The position numbers and the translations under genes are program-made. Below, piece after piece: positions 48,025-61,472 of a DNA stretch of 64,000 nt (position 1 is the stretch's first letter; every line of letters begins with the position of its first letter). The stretch is from contig CDPCPM010000022.1 in NCBI GenBank assembly GCA_976551045.1, positions 6,200,001-6,264,000 on the forward strand, written 5' to 3'. The notes beneath the pieces were generated by a model. That model had not been told where the DNA came from. It was given only the letters and a program-made list of their open reading frames with translations, and did no database searches. Source of the DNA: Glaucostegus cemiculus. Lineage: Eukaryota.

Positions 48025-49699
48025 AATCAGAATCAGAATCAGTTTTTATTGTCACAACCATATACATACATAGTATGCATAGGAGCGAGATACCGTCCTC
48101 CTCAGGTGCTCGTCCCATAAAATAACATAACAACCAACAGAGACACACATACACACTTGACAGAATAAACATTACAAAACATTAGACATTAAAAGCTACG
48201 GAAGTTAAAATTAAATTAGTACACAGATTAAATTAAAAATGGCTGGTAAATAAATAAATAGTTATTAAAGTGAACGGGCTGGTGTCGGGTATTTAAAGTG
48301 CTGGTGCATTTCTGTGCACCTAGCATCTCTTAGTGTTAACAAAGGAAGATGGAGGGATGAGAGAGTTTGCAGTTCTGATGGCTTGCGGAAAGAAGCTATT
48401 GTTCAGCCTGGTCGTTCTTGCCCTGATACATTTAAGACTCCTCCCTGATGGCAAAATTGTGAAGAGGTGGTGGGAGGGGTGAGAAGGGTCGGCCATTATG
48501 CTTTTGGTCTTCCTCACACAACGGTCTTTGTATATGTCTGCGAGGGATGGAAGCGAGACACCTATGATCCACTCCGCAGCCCTAACTATCTTCTGGAGGG
48601 ACTTCCGCCCAGCAGCTGAGCAGCTTCCAAACCAAACAGTGATACATTGAGTTAGGATGCTCTCAATGGTCCCCCTATAGAAGGTTTTCATGACGGAGGG
48701 ATGGGGGTACACTTTCCTCAGTCTCCGCAGGAAGTAGAGGCGTTTCTGAGATTTCTTCGTGAGGGCCGTAATGTTAGTAGACCAGGTCAGGTCGTCGGTG
48801 ATGTGCACCCCCAGGAACTTGGTGCTGCGTACTTGTTCCACAGCAGACCCGTTGATGGTCAGCGGGGCGTGCACATGGTGACCCCTCCTAAAATCCACTA
48901 TCATCTCCTTGGTTTTATCCACATTCAAGGAGAGGTTGTTGTCATAGCACCACATGGCTAGTTGTTTCACCTCCTCTCTGTAGTCCGACTCATCGTCATT
49001 CGTGACAAGACCCACCACTGTCGCGTCATCGGCAAATTTAACAATGCGGTTGGAGCTGGATCTGGCCTCACATTCGTGAGTCAACAAGGTGAACAGGAGT
49101 GGACTGAGCACACAACCCTGTGGGGAGCCAGTGCTCAGTGTGATGGTGCTTGAGGTGTTTTCACCAATTTTGACTGACTGCGGCCTGCAAGTTAGAAAAT
49201 CCAGTATCCAGTTGCAGAGAGGAGAGTTAATGCCCAGAGCGCTCAACTTCCTGATTAGCTGTTGCGGGATGATGGCATTGAAAGCGGAGCTGAAGTCGAT
49301 GAATAGCAGTCGGCAGTATGAATCCTTCTTCTCTAAGTGATATAGTGCAGAGTGCATGACAGAGGAGATTGCATCATCGGTGGACCTGTTTGCCCGATAA
49401 GCATACTGATGAGGATCCAAGGATGGGGGGAGGATGGCTCTAATGTGCTTCATAACTAGCCTCTCAAAGCATTTCATGACAATCGGTGTTAGAGCTATGG
49501 GACGGTAGTCATTCAGACACATTGGAGGAGACTTCTTAGGAACAGGTATGATGGTGGCAGATTTTAGGCACTTAGGAACAACAGCCTGCTGTAGGGAGAT
49601 GTTGAAGATGTCAGCCAGTACATCTTTAAGCTGGTCCGCACAGTCCCTAAGTATCCGCCCCGGTATGTTATCCGGTCCCGCAGCCTTCCGAGGGTTAAC
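48025..49699 (-). mobile_element. Young Rex1/Babar LINE, 5'-truncated, with intact RT
   Basis: Uninterrupted frame, CpGs retained, 3' UTR with AATAAA and a (CTGATT)n tail. Confidence 0.96.
48320..49699 (-). CDS. Rex1/Babar reverse transcriptase plus C-terminal domain (460-codon open frame, no endonuclease)
   Basis: [14 protein letters not shown]..., [52 protein letters not shown] and FLGVHI motifs. The frame extends 59 codons upstream of the ORF-track start at 49522. Confidence 0.92.
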   Translation of the reverse strand, partial: VNPRKAAGPDNIPGRILRDCADQLKDVLADIFNISLQQAVVPKCLKSATIIPVPKKSPPMCLNDYRPIALTPIVMKCFERLVMKHIRAILPPSLDPHQYAYRANRSTDDAISSVMHSALYHLEKKDSYCRLLFIDFSSAFNAIIPQQLIRKLSALGINSPLCNWILDFLTCRPQSVKIGENTSSTITLSTGSPQGCVLSPLLFTLLTHECEARSSSNRIVKFADDATVVGLVTNDDESDYREEVKQLAMWCYDNNLSLNVDKTKEMIVDFRRGHHVHAPLTINGSAVEQVRSTKFLGVHITDDLTWSTNITALTKKSQKRLYFLRRLRKVYPHPSVMKTFYRGTIESILTQCITVWFGSCSAAGRKSLQKIVRAAEWIIGVSLPSLADIYKDRCVRKTKSIMADPSHPSHHLFTILPSGRSLKCIRARTTRLNNSFFPQAIRTANSLIPPSSFVNTKRC

Positions 49700-50107
49700 C
49701 TGTAAAAGGATCTATGTGATAGTGAAACTGACACTCTCACTACTCTCTGCATAAAGGAGTTTCTCAGGCCTCCCATTCTGATTTTTTTTCTGTCTTTTTA
49801 ATACCTTTTATGTTGGGAAATGCCCTATCTGCAATTTTCCAAGGCACTGTGGTAGATGAGAAAACACTCCCTGGAACATGGGAAAATTAGACTTCATATA
49901 CTTAATTAATCTGAAATATAGAAGTCAAAAATCCCCAAAGTAACCTGGAGCTCTATAGATATTGGTAATGACATTCCAAAGATATTCTCCAGATTATCAA
50001 CTCCAATTTCAGCATGGCATATATGGACACTCTATGCTGTTGTATCTTCTGTAAACTTACTAATCAGCTCATCTACATTTTTTGTCCAGATAATTGATAT
50101 ATATATT

Positions 50108-50250
50108 AATAACAGAGGTCCCAACACCTTGTGGAACGCTGCTGGTCACAGAACCCCAGTCAGATTAACACCGCTCCACCACTACCCTCTGTCTTCTATG
50201 GCCAAGCCAATTTTGAATCCAATCTACCAAGTCTCCATGGAACTCATGTA
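50108..50250 (-). mobile_element. Internal CR1 RT fragment
   Basis: Minus strand encodes WIQNWLGHRRQRVVVE...SVTSSVPQG. Confidence 0.8.
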
Positions 50251-53194
50251 GGGAACTAATGTAAAGAATATTTCTCTCGATTCTCCTAGGTTTTCACAAA
50301 TCTTTCACCAGATTTCAACAGTAATCATCACTGTTGATGATTAAGAGATCATTTGTGGAAATGTAATCTCTTTAACCAAAGCCTAGCCCATTTTCTCATT
50401 GATTACCTTTAGATTCCTGAATTCCTATCATTTCTGCGCTAGAAATCCTCAAGATTTTTAGATTTTCCATAAGTTAAACTTTGTTGATCTCTGTATTTGT
50501 TGGTTGCCAAGCCAACTTGATTAGAAATCAGACATAATATTTTGATGAAGAGTTATCTAAAAGATTAAGTACATTAGAAATAGAGAATGAAAAAGGTGAT
50601 AATAAGGAATAAAGCTGAAATGAAATTAAGATTTCCATTTATATATAGCAGCTTTACTAATCTGCAAGACTTCCCAGAAAAGTTTAAAACCAATTAACTA
50701 TTTTTGACATGTCGTCATAAAACATTTGCCTTACGGGGCTTGTCTAGTTATTAGCACTTTAATTTACACAGGGAGAAAAAAGCCTTTGATCTCTCTCGGT
50801 GCTATACATAATCAAGTATCTCCTGTCTGGCAAGACTTATCTTTGCTATCCCCAAGTGATTTTTACATTACTCCCATTCCTCATTATTTTTTAATGTTTT
50901 CTTTCTTATCACAGCCTTTAAGATTATTTTTGACTTTTTGTTTCAACCAGTTGGTTTGATCTCATTATTTTCTCTTTTATTCCCCCCCCCCACACAAAGG
51001 ATACATTCCCACATTTTATAAAGCAGCATTGTAAAAATCCATTTCTGTTCTATTTTATTTTCTAATGCTGCCTCTCATTTAATCCTCTTTAGACCTCTTC
51101 TGAAATTGTGTATGTCGGTGTTATTTTTAGTCTTAAGCTTTTTCATGATGTTAAATCCAACAACACAGTGATCATTGGGAACCTGTGGCAAGAGGCGAAT
51201 AAAAGGAATAAATTTTGTTTTTTTTAAACCGTCATTGTTATTATATACATTGGTGTCAAAGTCAGCATTAGAATTTGATTTTCGGGTCAATTAAATTGCA
51301 ACTCATCAAAACTGCATTCTCATCCCTGAGGTTAAACAATCAGGGTGAATCGTGTGTGAGGAAATACAGCATCAATCTTTGTTGTAAATGGGGAATCATA
51401 AAGCTTTGTATCTAATTTAAATTGGGTCATCCTTAAGGCCATCTGTATTAAAAGGGTATGAAAAGATACACTTACGTGCTTTTCACATTGCTGTACTTCA
51501 GTGCATTTAAACAAATCAAAACACCCCCTTATTGACTTTCCCAAGCAATGGTCTGAAGTGAACCAGCTTTGATGTATGATAAAGATGCATTGACTTCAAA
51601 GTGAAAGCTACCATAATCCCACATTTGTCTAAGTTTTCTATGAATTCAACCAGAAATTAGCAAAGAGCATTTTAGAATGACATTTTAGCTTTAATCAGTG
51701 ACTTTGGAGGATCAGAGTACCATGATTAAAAAGTATATACATACAAAGATAACAAAGCACTTCTTATAAAGTAAGTGTGTTGTTCAAGAAATTATCTCCT
51801 GCTTTGCGATCAAGATTAGTAATGCTTAGTATTCATATCAGTTCTTCTTAACCAAGTCTTCTATCCCTTTGGCTCTGGTTCACTAATTGTGCATTTCACC
51901 CCCAGGTTGAAAGTCCCAGTCTTAGCCACTAAACTTAAAGCTTCTTTGGCTACAACAAATTTTCCTCCTTACTTTTAACAGTAATAAGTTACAATTGTAC
52001 CAGCAGCAATGTATTTGTCATGAATTTAATGAATCACAAATTAGTAAGGGTGCATGACAAAGACTAGTCAGACATAAACCTCTATGTAGTACTGTTCTTT
52101 TCACACTTTTCGTACAGCTAATGGATCACTTTGTAATTTTAAGTGATCAGCAATTCATTCAGTCAACAGCAACTGTGGAAAACCTTACATGGACCTGAGG
52201 GAAAACAAATGTGTTTCTTGGAACTGTAGTGAAGAATATTCCCATATTCCAAGGTTTAAACAAACTTCATAGCAAACATGACAGATAAACTCTGCGGCCA
52301 ACACTGAGAGGATTCAGATAAAGACTTTTAAGAATTTTCCTAATGAGGAAATAATACCAAAGATAAAGCTGCAATATTACAGCATCTGACAAAAAAGAGA
52401 TGCAAGGTTTAGAGTCACAAAATAGAATTTGAACTTAGTGTCTTATACATACACAAAAACAGCTAGAAATTCCATGAACATGTTAAGGGACAGAATTATA
52501 CTTCATAATTTATATTTAATTGTTCTGGCATTTTTCCACAATAGTCTCATTGCCTTGGACTTTGAAATATTCATACAGTGAAACATCCCAGTCCTTATCC
52601 CCCACAGTGAGCTTTTGTGCTGTGGAGATGCTTGGTATTGTTCTTATCCATGTGTATGACTCTGTTTTTATCTGTTTAAAAGGATCTCAGGTGAGGGTCA
52701 TTCCTCATCACATCCAACTATGGTTATAATCAAATTATCTCAACTAAGTTGTACTCTTTGTTTACCCACATTGTGCATATTTGATCATTTAAATCTTTAG
52801 TGTTCACTGTGGCCATGAAGTGGAATTTTCTCTTATTCTCAGCAAGTGTGGGAACATAGCAGGGCCAAGGTCAGTGGAAGGGTAAATGTCTAACAAGTTA
52901 TTCCAAAGAAGGAATAATACTTGCACATGCATAACAATTGTATGGAAGCCGTTTCTGTAATGACAAGCAAACTCAGCCATCGGAGACTATGTTAAGTATT
53001 CATGTAGGTCCCCTTGCTCACTGCATTGAAATAGAAGAATCTTGTAGTTCTGTTGTTTTTAAATAGCAGCGTAAGTTCGCACAATGAACCATTACCATTT
53101 ATCCTTGAAGGTAGCACAAACAAATATCATGTGATGAATTCTTGGTGATTGTAAAGCATATGGCTCTGGTTTGAAGAGACTACAGGAGCAATGC

Positions 53195-53699
53195 AGGGAA
53201 GATGCCATTAAACTGGAAAGAGCGCAGAGGAGATCTAGGAGGGTGTTGCCAGGACTCAAAGAACAGAGTTACAGAGAGTGGTTGAGCAGACTAGGACTTT
53301 ATTCGTTGGAGCTCAAGAGAATGAGGGCTAATATTACAAAATAATGGAGGGGGGGGGGCATAGATAGGATGAATGAACACAGTCTTTTTCCCAGGGTTGG
53401 GGAATCAAGAACTAAAAGACACTGGTTTGGGGTGAGAGGGAAGAGATTTAATTGGAACCTGAGAGGCAACTTTTTCATCAGAGGATATATATATATATAT
53501 GGAACGAGCTGCCAGAAGAAGCGGTTGAGGCAATCGCATTAACAACATTTAAAAGGTCTTGGTCAGGTACATGGATAGGAAAGGTTTAGAGGGATACGGA
53601 TCAAACGTGGGCAAGTGGGACTAGCTTAAATGGGAATCTTGATCGGCATGACCCATTTGGGCCAAAGGGCCTGTTTCTGTGCTGTATGGCTCTATGACT
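53195..53699 (+). mobile_element. CR1 3' portion
   Basis: LERAQRR.RRVLPGL and LFPRVGESRT motifs, with the gggccaaagggcctgtttctgtgctgtatggctctatgac tail. Confidence 0.9.
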
Positions 53700-53783
53700 G
53701 AAGTGGTGATGAATGGCAAGTTGGTGCAAAATAGTGATCCCAAATGTTACATCTACTTCCTGAGTTTTTAACAAGTTAGACCT

Positions 53784-54212
53784 TGTGGGATCCAGTTACT
53801 TTCAAATCCACAGGTTCTTTCAGGAGTCCAGGAATGAGTTGAAAACCGTTTGGTGCTTCACAAAGTTTTATTGGAAAGTTTAAGACAAAGAAACAGTCAC
53901 AGAGCACATGGCACTAGCTTTGATGAGCCGAGACAAAGGGAACCAAAGAAAGCTCAGGCCAAGGGGGAGGAAGAGAGAGATTAACAAAAAGCGACACCTT
54001 TTATACCTGAGATAAGAGATGCTCTTTTAGCTAACAATAGTCCAATCAGGAAACCTATTATATACCTGTGGCCAAACCAACCAATGAAAAACCACATATT
54101 TACCTGATAGACAAATCAATAAGCTAGCAAGCGACCACTCCTTGTGCAGCCACTTGAGGTGTATTAAACACTATACATGTTAAAAAGCTAATTAAAACAG
54201 TCGAATCCAACA
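53784..54212 (-). mobile_element. Solo LTR (429 bp, TG...CA, 4-bp TSD ACCT)
   Basis: TSD ACCT at 53780-53783 and 54213-54216, and imperfect terminal inverted repeats (tgtgggat/tgttggat). Along the minus strand: CCAAT boxes (54081, 54042; written CCAAT on +), then TATAAAA (54005-53999), then AATAAA (53872-53867). Confidence 0.85.
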
Positions 54213-55828
54213 ACCTCTTTTCACTATTAGAAGTATATTATGGTACATGGATAATAAAATCAATCATTGGCAGTCTAACAGCAGAAGGCTGTATGCTTAA
54301 TTTACACTGAGCGACCATCATCAGCCCCAGGCTGCTTGGTGAACAACCACAATAATGTACTTCCCATAGTTCCAGATCAAGGGAGATCAGATGCCACTGA
54401 AACTCAGAGAATCAAAGGGCAACCGATTGAACTTATGCCATTGACACTTTGGTATTTCACATTGATATTCCAGGCATTCCCACCAATGACATCCACTTTG
54501 ATTATCAGCCTGCCAGAACTACAAGCACATTCTGAGTCCTTGTACTAGAAAGTGAAGCCCAAAAGACCCAGAAACTTAAATGCATAATTTTCTATTTTAG
54601 GACAAGGATTAGCAGGTACTTGCCAGCTCATTCTCAAGGTTGTCCAAAGTTACACTGGCCCAGGGTCAGTGAAGTGAATTAGAATCCCCATTCAGGGCAT
54701 GCATCATACCAGCAGGCTCTGTTTATAAAAAAAATTCAAAATTGCAATCAGAGAAAGCACGTCAGGAATTCCATCCCTATCACAGATAACCTGACCAGCA
54801 ACTTCATCCTCACCCACCCATCTCGCCCCCAATTAAAAATCTGCTCACTTTCTACATTGCAGTAATTATCTATGACCCCCAACATTTCAGCAGTTAAATT
54901 TATGTTTTTGATTGATCATTCCTGAAATATTATTTAAGGATATTGATTACATAATTTCCTTATTAATTTTGATATTTACAGTGCCCAATTACATTATTAG
55001 TTACTTAAGAACTGTAACTGTTAGGTTAGGTTCTTTGTAAACTTGGAACAAAATTCCATTCTCATACACACATTCTCACCAGAAAGAGTTAACAAATTCA
55101 AGGAATTGGCAAGTGTGTTGAAACTGTGGACAAACCAGATAACAAAATCTTTGAATTGCAACCAATTCCCCATAAGACGAACTTCCAAGTATTTGATGAA
55201 ATATTGTACACGATGCCTGGCAGGCAAGCTTCGGAAATATTCAGGTCACCGCGAGGAACACCAGCTTGTTAGCCTGAGTACTTTAGCCATGAACAACAAG
55301 GCATGATGTTTGAAATTATTAGAGCTAGAACACAGACAGAGTACATGACCAGAACTTGACCCCACAGAACTTGTGTTCACCCAGAGTGCCTTGAGTTATG
55401 GCATCACATGAGCCAACTGTCTGTTTCTAGGTCAAGTTCTTTACAGCTCAAAACACCTATTACTGTAGATGTCAAATGCTCAGTTGAAATCAATAGTAAA
55501 TGCAAGCAAAACATTAAGAAATACTGTAATCTTTCTTTTCTAATGAAGCCACTCCACTTGGTTTTACTTCATGCTTTAAGCTTTCTGATTTACAATTCAA
55601 CAAATCACTAGATTGGAGACACAGAAGAGATGAAATGAAGAAAGAAATGAGCTCAGTATTTTAAATCACGAAGGAGGCACAGTTCAAAAAGCATCATTTA
55701 AATTATTCCTTTACATCTTGTTGTCTAATCATTTAGCAGTTTGTTCAGTCGGAAATTTGATAAACAAAGAGGAGATGGAGAGTGGGATGGGAAAGAAATG
55801 CAAAGCATTTAAATATGTCTATGACTTT

Positions 55829-56310
55829 ACATAGCAACATAGAATACCTACGGCATAATTCAGGCCCTTCAGTCCACAAAGCTGTGCCAAACATGTCCCT
55901 CCCTCAGAAATTACTAGGCTTACCTATAGCCCTCTATCTTTCTCAGCTCCATGAATCTATCCAAAAGTTTCTTAAAAGACCCTATCATTTCCACTTCCAC
56001 CACCATTGCCAGCAGCCCATTCCATGCACTCACCACTCTCTGAGTAAAAAACTTACTCCTGACATCTCCTCTATACTTACTCCCCAGCACCTTAAACTTG
56101 TGTCCTCTTTTGGCAACCATTTCACCTCTGGGGAAAAGCCTCTGACTATCTACCTGATCAATGCCTCTCATCATCTTACAAACCTCTATCAGGTTCCCTC
56201 CTCATCCTCCGTCGCTCCAAGGAGAAAAGGCTGAGTTCCCTCAACCTGTTTTCATAAGGCATGCCCTGCAATCCAGGCAACATCCTTGTAAATCTCCTCT
56301 GCACCCTCTC
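55829..56310 (-). mobile_element. CR1 3' portion
   Basis: MMRGIDQVDSQRLFPR...FFTQRVVSAWNGL peptide and CR1 tail. Confidence 0.92.
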
Positions 56311-57275
56311 ATTAGCTTAATTTCAACTGAAGCAAGCTCATTTCTAAAGCACTGGATTTGTAATGGGACTATTACATTTGTTAGCACTTCACTCTACCTT
56401 AAAATACTGGGGGTGAATTTAACCCATCCCATTCAGAAAGGTATCAGTGACATTTGAAGTTTTTAAGTGTACCTGATATTGTTCTTAGCATGGCCCAAAA
56501 AACGGTTCTTAATCCAGCCTGTTTAGCAATAGTAATGCCACCACTCTAAGATGAACTAAAGAGTGGATTTGGTCTCCACAATGACCATGCTCTGATCACT
56601 TCTGCTAAGATGGGCATTTACAAATGCATCAACAACAATGTAGATTGCTGAGAATGAGATCAAGTGGCCATTTCTCCATGCTGCTCCTTGCATTACCTGT
56701 TACGATGCCAGATAAACAGTTGGATCTGTTGGATTTGATGGCACCAACACTTCCGGCGATTGATGTCGAGAACCACTGTAACTGCAGCTACATTCTGTAT
56801 TCATGCAATCCTCAGTGCTTCTCCCACCATGTGCTGAACATGGATTTTTCATGGGCCAGGAATCTATACCGAAGGCTCCCAGAACTACTCCCAACCACCT
56901 GCACACCTCTCTCTTCCCCCTACCCAAAATCTTCCCCATCATTTTCCCTCACTGTACTTCTGCTTCCAGTGGGATGTATGCATTGAAGGTGATGGGAAGT
57001 TTTGGGATTTTAACTATTCATGTGATTCCATATGTATAAAACTACATCAGGCAACATGGGTATCAGCCAAATTAGCCGATGAGACTGTTATCCCTCTTTG
57101 GCAGCAGTCCTTGAATATTCCTGATGTTACGAAGTCACTTAATATTAACAGCAGTTCACAACACACCTTTGTGCATCAAATTGTTCTCACCGTTAGATAA
57201 TAGATTTCTGAACTTTGATTTCCACTTCCAAACAAGTACTGTTGAACATGTACCTTAATAGGAATTGTGTTCTGG

Positions 57276-57680
57276 TACAGGTTGAGTGAGCCAGGGCTTT
57301 TCTCTCTGGTGACTTGATAGACATGTACAAGATGATGAGAAGCATAGATCAAGAGGACAGTCAGAGACTTTTTCCCCAGGGTGAAAATGAGTAACATGAG
57401 GGGGCATAATTTTAAGGTGATTGGAGGAAATAATAGGGGGGATGTCAGAGGTAAGTTTCTTCTTTACACAGAGAGTGGTGGGCATGTGGAATGCACTGCC
57501 CGCAGAGGTTGTGGGGGCAGATACATTGGGGACATTTAAGAGACTCTTAGATAGGCACATGAATGATAGTAAAATGGAGGACTACGTGGGAGGGAATGGT
57601 TAGATAGGTGTTAGAGCAGGATAAAACGTTGGCACAACATCGTGGGCCGAAGGGCCTGTACTGTGCTGAAATATTCTATG
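57276..57680 (+). mobile_element. CR1 3' portion
   Basis: FFTQRVVGMWNALPAEVVGADTLGTFKRLLDRHM peptide and the gtgggccgaagggcctgtactgtgctg tail. Confidence 0.92.
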
Positions 57681-60600
57681 TACCATTTTCAGGAGTGAAT
57701 GGAATTTACCACCTAATACCTCGACTATCAACTGATATACTGATACCACTTTATGGAAATATATTAATGGCATAGCCCTCATTCTAGCTGTCACATATTT
57801 TTCAGACTATTTCTAATGAAGTCCTTTTCTTCAAAAGCCACTTCTTTAACAAGTTTAGAAAATATTAATGTATTAAAACCCAACTTCTGCATCTAATGCT
57901 GGGAAACAGACAAGGACTATTTCGTAACAATCATGTCCACTTATACCTTAAACCTTCTTTAAGTTACACCATGAGAAGACTTTCCAGAAATGCATGGTTT
58001 TTGCTTGCAGCAGTTTCAGAGCCATGACTAATGATAAAAAGCTAAAAAGGTATAAACTAGCAGCAGGAGGACACAACCTGCACAGATTCAGTTGTGGGCT
58101 CCTATAACTTGAAATCCTTAAATCATTGATCCAGAATCATGTTATGAAAAATTAAACGGAGCACTCAATACAAATGCTGAAAGAAGCAATAATCTTATGC
58201 TTTAGAGATCAACACAGCAATCTGGTGTTTGTCTTTTAATTACATGGTGATAAAGAGTGGTCACTTATCAAAGTATGAGTTATTTATGAAAACAAACAAC
58301 ATATTTTAATTGACAAAGCATTTATGTTGTGCACTTACTGATGAATCAAAACCAAGAATTTGCAAACTTATTGCACTTCAGTCATTTTAATAAAATAATG
58401 AAGTAAAACTGAAGGCAAGATATGAGAAAAAGACAATAGAATCCTCTTGTTCTATTTACACATTCTGGACTCGCCTCTCATGAGTGGTGCATTGTACAGG
58501 TACATATGAAATGTAAGAACATGTCCCTCCATGAAGGAATGAGCTGAAAGCATTTCAATTATTAAAACAATCTGCAGACATACAGGCATCTGTACATTCA
58601 TAAGGTTTATAAACATTCTCTTCTGCACATTTACTCATTGATAGCAGAAAGCACAGCAGGTGGACATAGTGAAAATAGAATAAAAGACTAATGGGCAATA
58701 ACATGAGCAAATATTTTCTGGGAAGCCTCGTGATTCAGAAAGCTGTATGGTAAAGTTGTAAACATTGCCAGTTCAAATCCTCAGCACAGGGACCCATGTA
58801 CTTAGAGTTACTTGAATTGTAGCTAACAGGCACTGAAAAATCCAAGGCATGACAGGATTCAATGCACCACTGATTGAAGATCACAAGTTATTCTTGCCTT
58901 TTTTTAAATGAACTATTAACACATTCATAATCTGATATGATTATGAATCATATTTGAGTGATAATACAGATTCCACCACGAAAGTTTACAAGGTGACCTC
59001 AGACCACTGAGATACAGGCAGCAGGACATGTACAAGTGTTTGCTTGTTCTTATCAGAAACATAGTGCTACAGACATAAACAGGAAAAATTCAAACTCATG
59101 TCACATTGACTCTGAAGTGGAACGAAACCTGCTCTTATCAGACTAGCTTCAATGAAGTGGCTTGCATTTGGTCTCACCCATAGGGCCCCATTGTAAATCA
59201 GATGTAGGAAACTATATCTTTGGGTATGTCTCTGTTTTTGTGTATTTGTGTATTTCTCCTTGTGTATTTAACACAACTTAACTGTAAAAATAGTAAACCA
59301 AATACATTGTCCAATTTATTGTAAATGTACTCAAAACCACCTTCCATCCAATCTTAACATAACCAAATCTACTGCAGCATTTCCTCACAAAGGTTTAATT
59401 TCACAGTGTCTTTAACTCTGGAAAGGAAAATATAATCCAGTTTGGTAATTAACTCCAAAAATGTAAATATATACTGAAAGAAAGTTGATTCTTTCTTGTA
59501 TAGTAAAATATTAAACTTTATATTCCACCACTATGGCAATGATTCCTGCTACTTGGATGTGCTGCAGTAGTGAAAACTGGTCTTATTTTAATTTATACAT
59601 TAGTGGAGTAAAATTGCCTCATAAACAATGCAAAAGTTTGCAAACTCTGGATTCATTGAATTACTACAACCTTGGCTATATAATGTCTCGATAAAAAAGT
59701 TACTGCTGTTTATAAACAGAATGGAAGAAAAGCAGATATTAGTCAGGATAAACTCCATTAAATTTTATTACTTTGTTTGAAGTCTTTCAAAAGGATGGGG
59801 GACTCTGGGCAAAAGTCAGGCTTTTATTAGTGTACAAAGCTTTACTCATTGGTTTATTCATTTGACAACATTTGAAATCCACGTCCATTATTCTACTTTT
59901 ATTTGAAAATATTTTACTGTATATGACTGACAAAATAATGCATAAGTTATCAAATTGCCATCACTTTATTCAACCATTAAAAGCTGTATATGCACAGCCT
60001 GCCAATGACAAGAAAAATCTTGCATGCAGCTTCCCAGAAATTTCCCATCAGTGAATCTTCATCATAGGTTGATTACAGAGTAGGTCATTGTTTAGAAATA
60101 GTTTAGTTTATAACCATAGATAATCAAACAAAGACATGAATCACAGCCATAATCTGCCATCCTTTTAGCATAGGTCATTTGTCATTTAATCCAGAGGTTC
60201 AAGGTTTACATCCTCAATTTCCCAGCATCTGAATTTTCTAATTTGCACTGTCAAAAAACTTCAGTGGTTGACTTCAAGATGTAAAAGACTTTGAAAATAC
60301 TGTTCATTGAGCACTTCACTAATTAAATATTACAGCTGCACTTGGATCTGCTGGTCAGCATTTATACTCGAAGAAACCCACTCACACAAGACAACAATTC
60401 ATTTATCCACAGAGATTCCTTGGAATAGATTTTTTTTTTGCCCACCTGGGCAGTAATCTGGCAGAACAGATTGCCTGCCCATGGAAGTGACAGCTTGATT
60501 TACCATTCTATTGTAACTAATGGAATGAAAATCTTTCCCTCGGTGCCTAAATCCATCCTCAAGATTCAAATTTACATCCTGAACCAAACGAAGCTGCAAC

Positions 60601-61124
60601 TTTTATGCAACTTTGTTTATCGGGCTAGCTATTTGTGCAAGCATATGAGCAAGTGCAGCACGCAGTCTGGCAGAGCCATTCCCTAACTCCCCCCATCCAC
60701 CCGATAGCCACGGCCACAATCACAACTGTCAACACCATCAGACACGCCTTTACACACCACCTTCAGCCCTTTAGTGGAATAGAAGACAGTGTGAGTATTG
60801 ATGCAGTTGGATGAGCAGAACTGAGAGAGATACTAAGTTTAACAACATTACATGACGACAAAGCCTGAGGAAACTTGATTTTATTGCCGAGACAGATGTC
60901 CGGTTTACTGCATTTACAAGAGCAATTAGAGCAGCTGAAGGGTCAGTTCAGCTCTTTTATTGCTAAAACCTATATTTTATTTTGAGTGCTAAAAAGGGGA
61001 AATGGCCACTTTGAGATTGTTTGGATGAAATGAATAATGAAAATCCAAAACCAGTCCAACAACTTCTTTACCTACTTAGTAGATAAGACTTTTTAAAAAT
61101 ATCACCCACTAATCAATAAAGGAT

Positions 61125-61472
61125 GGCACAATGACACAGATAGTAGATCTATTCCCTCATAGCACCAGAGACCAGGGTTCAATCCTGATCTCTGGTCCTG
61201 TCTACATGGAGTTTACACGTTCTCCCTGTGACGGTGTGGGTTTCCCTTGATTGTTCCAGTTCCCCACTCATCTCCAAGAGACATGCTGGCTAGTAGGTTA
61301 ATTATCCACTGTGAATTTCCCCTAGAGGTGTAGGTAAGTGGCAGAATCTGGGAGGAGTTGATGAGAATGTAGGGAGAATAAAATGAGATTTGTGTAGGAT
61401 CAGTGTTAATGGTTGTTATGGTGGGCATGGACTCAGTGGGCCTACTTCTGTGCTGTATGATTCTGTGGCTCT
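61125..61472 (+). mobile_element. HE1-type V-SINE
   Basis: tRNA-like head with B box gggttcaatcc (61175-61185), V domain ggagtttacacgttctccctgtgac..gggtttcc, and a CR1-derived tail. Confidence 0.9.

Noticed and set aside
51476-51552. Possible 77-nt minus-strand exon (ttcacttcag...CAC|gtaagt)
   Set aside because: Weak acceptor and an unrecognised peptide. It cannot be fully excluded without RNA-seq.
61125-61200. tRNA gene (also 39050-39125)
   Set aside because: The A/B-box-like sequence continues into a V domain and CR1 tail, so these are SINE heads, not tRNAs.
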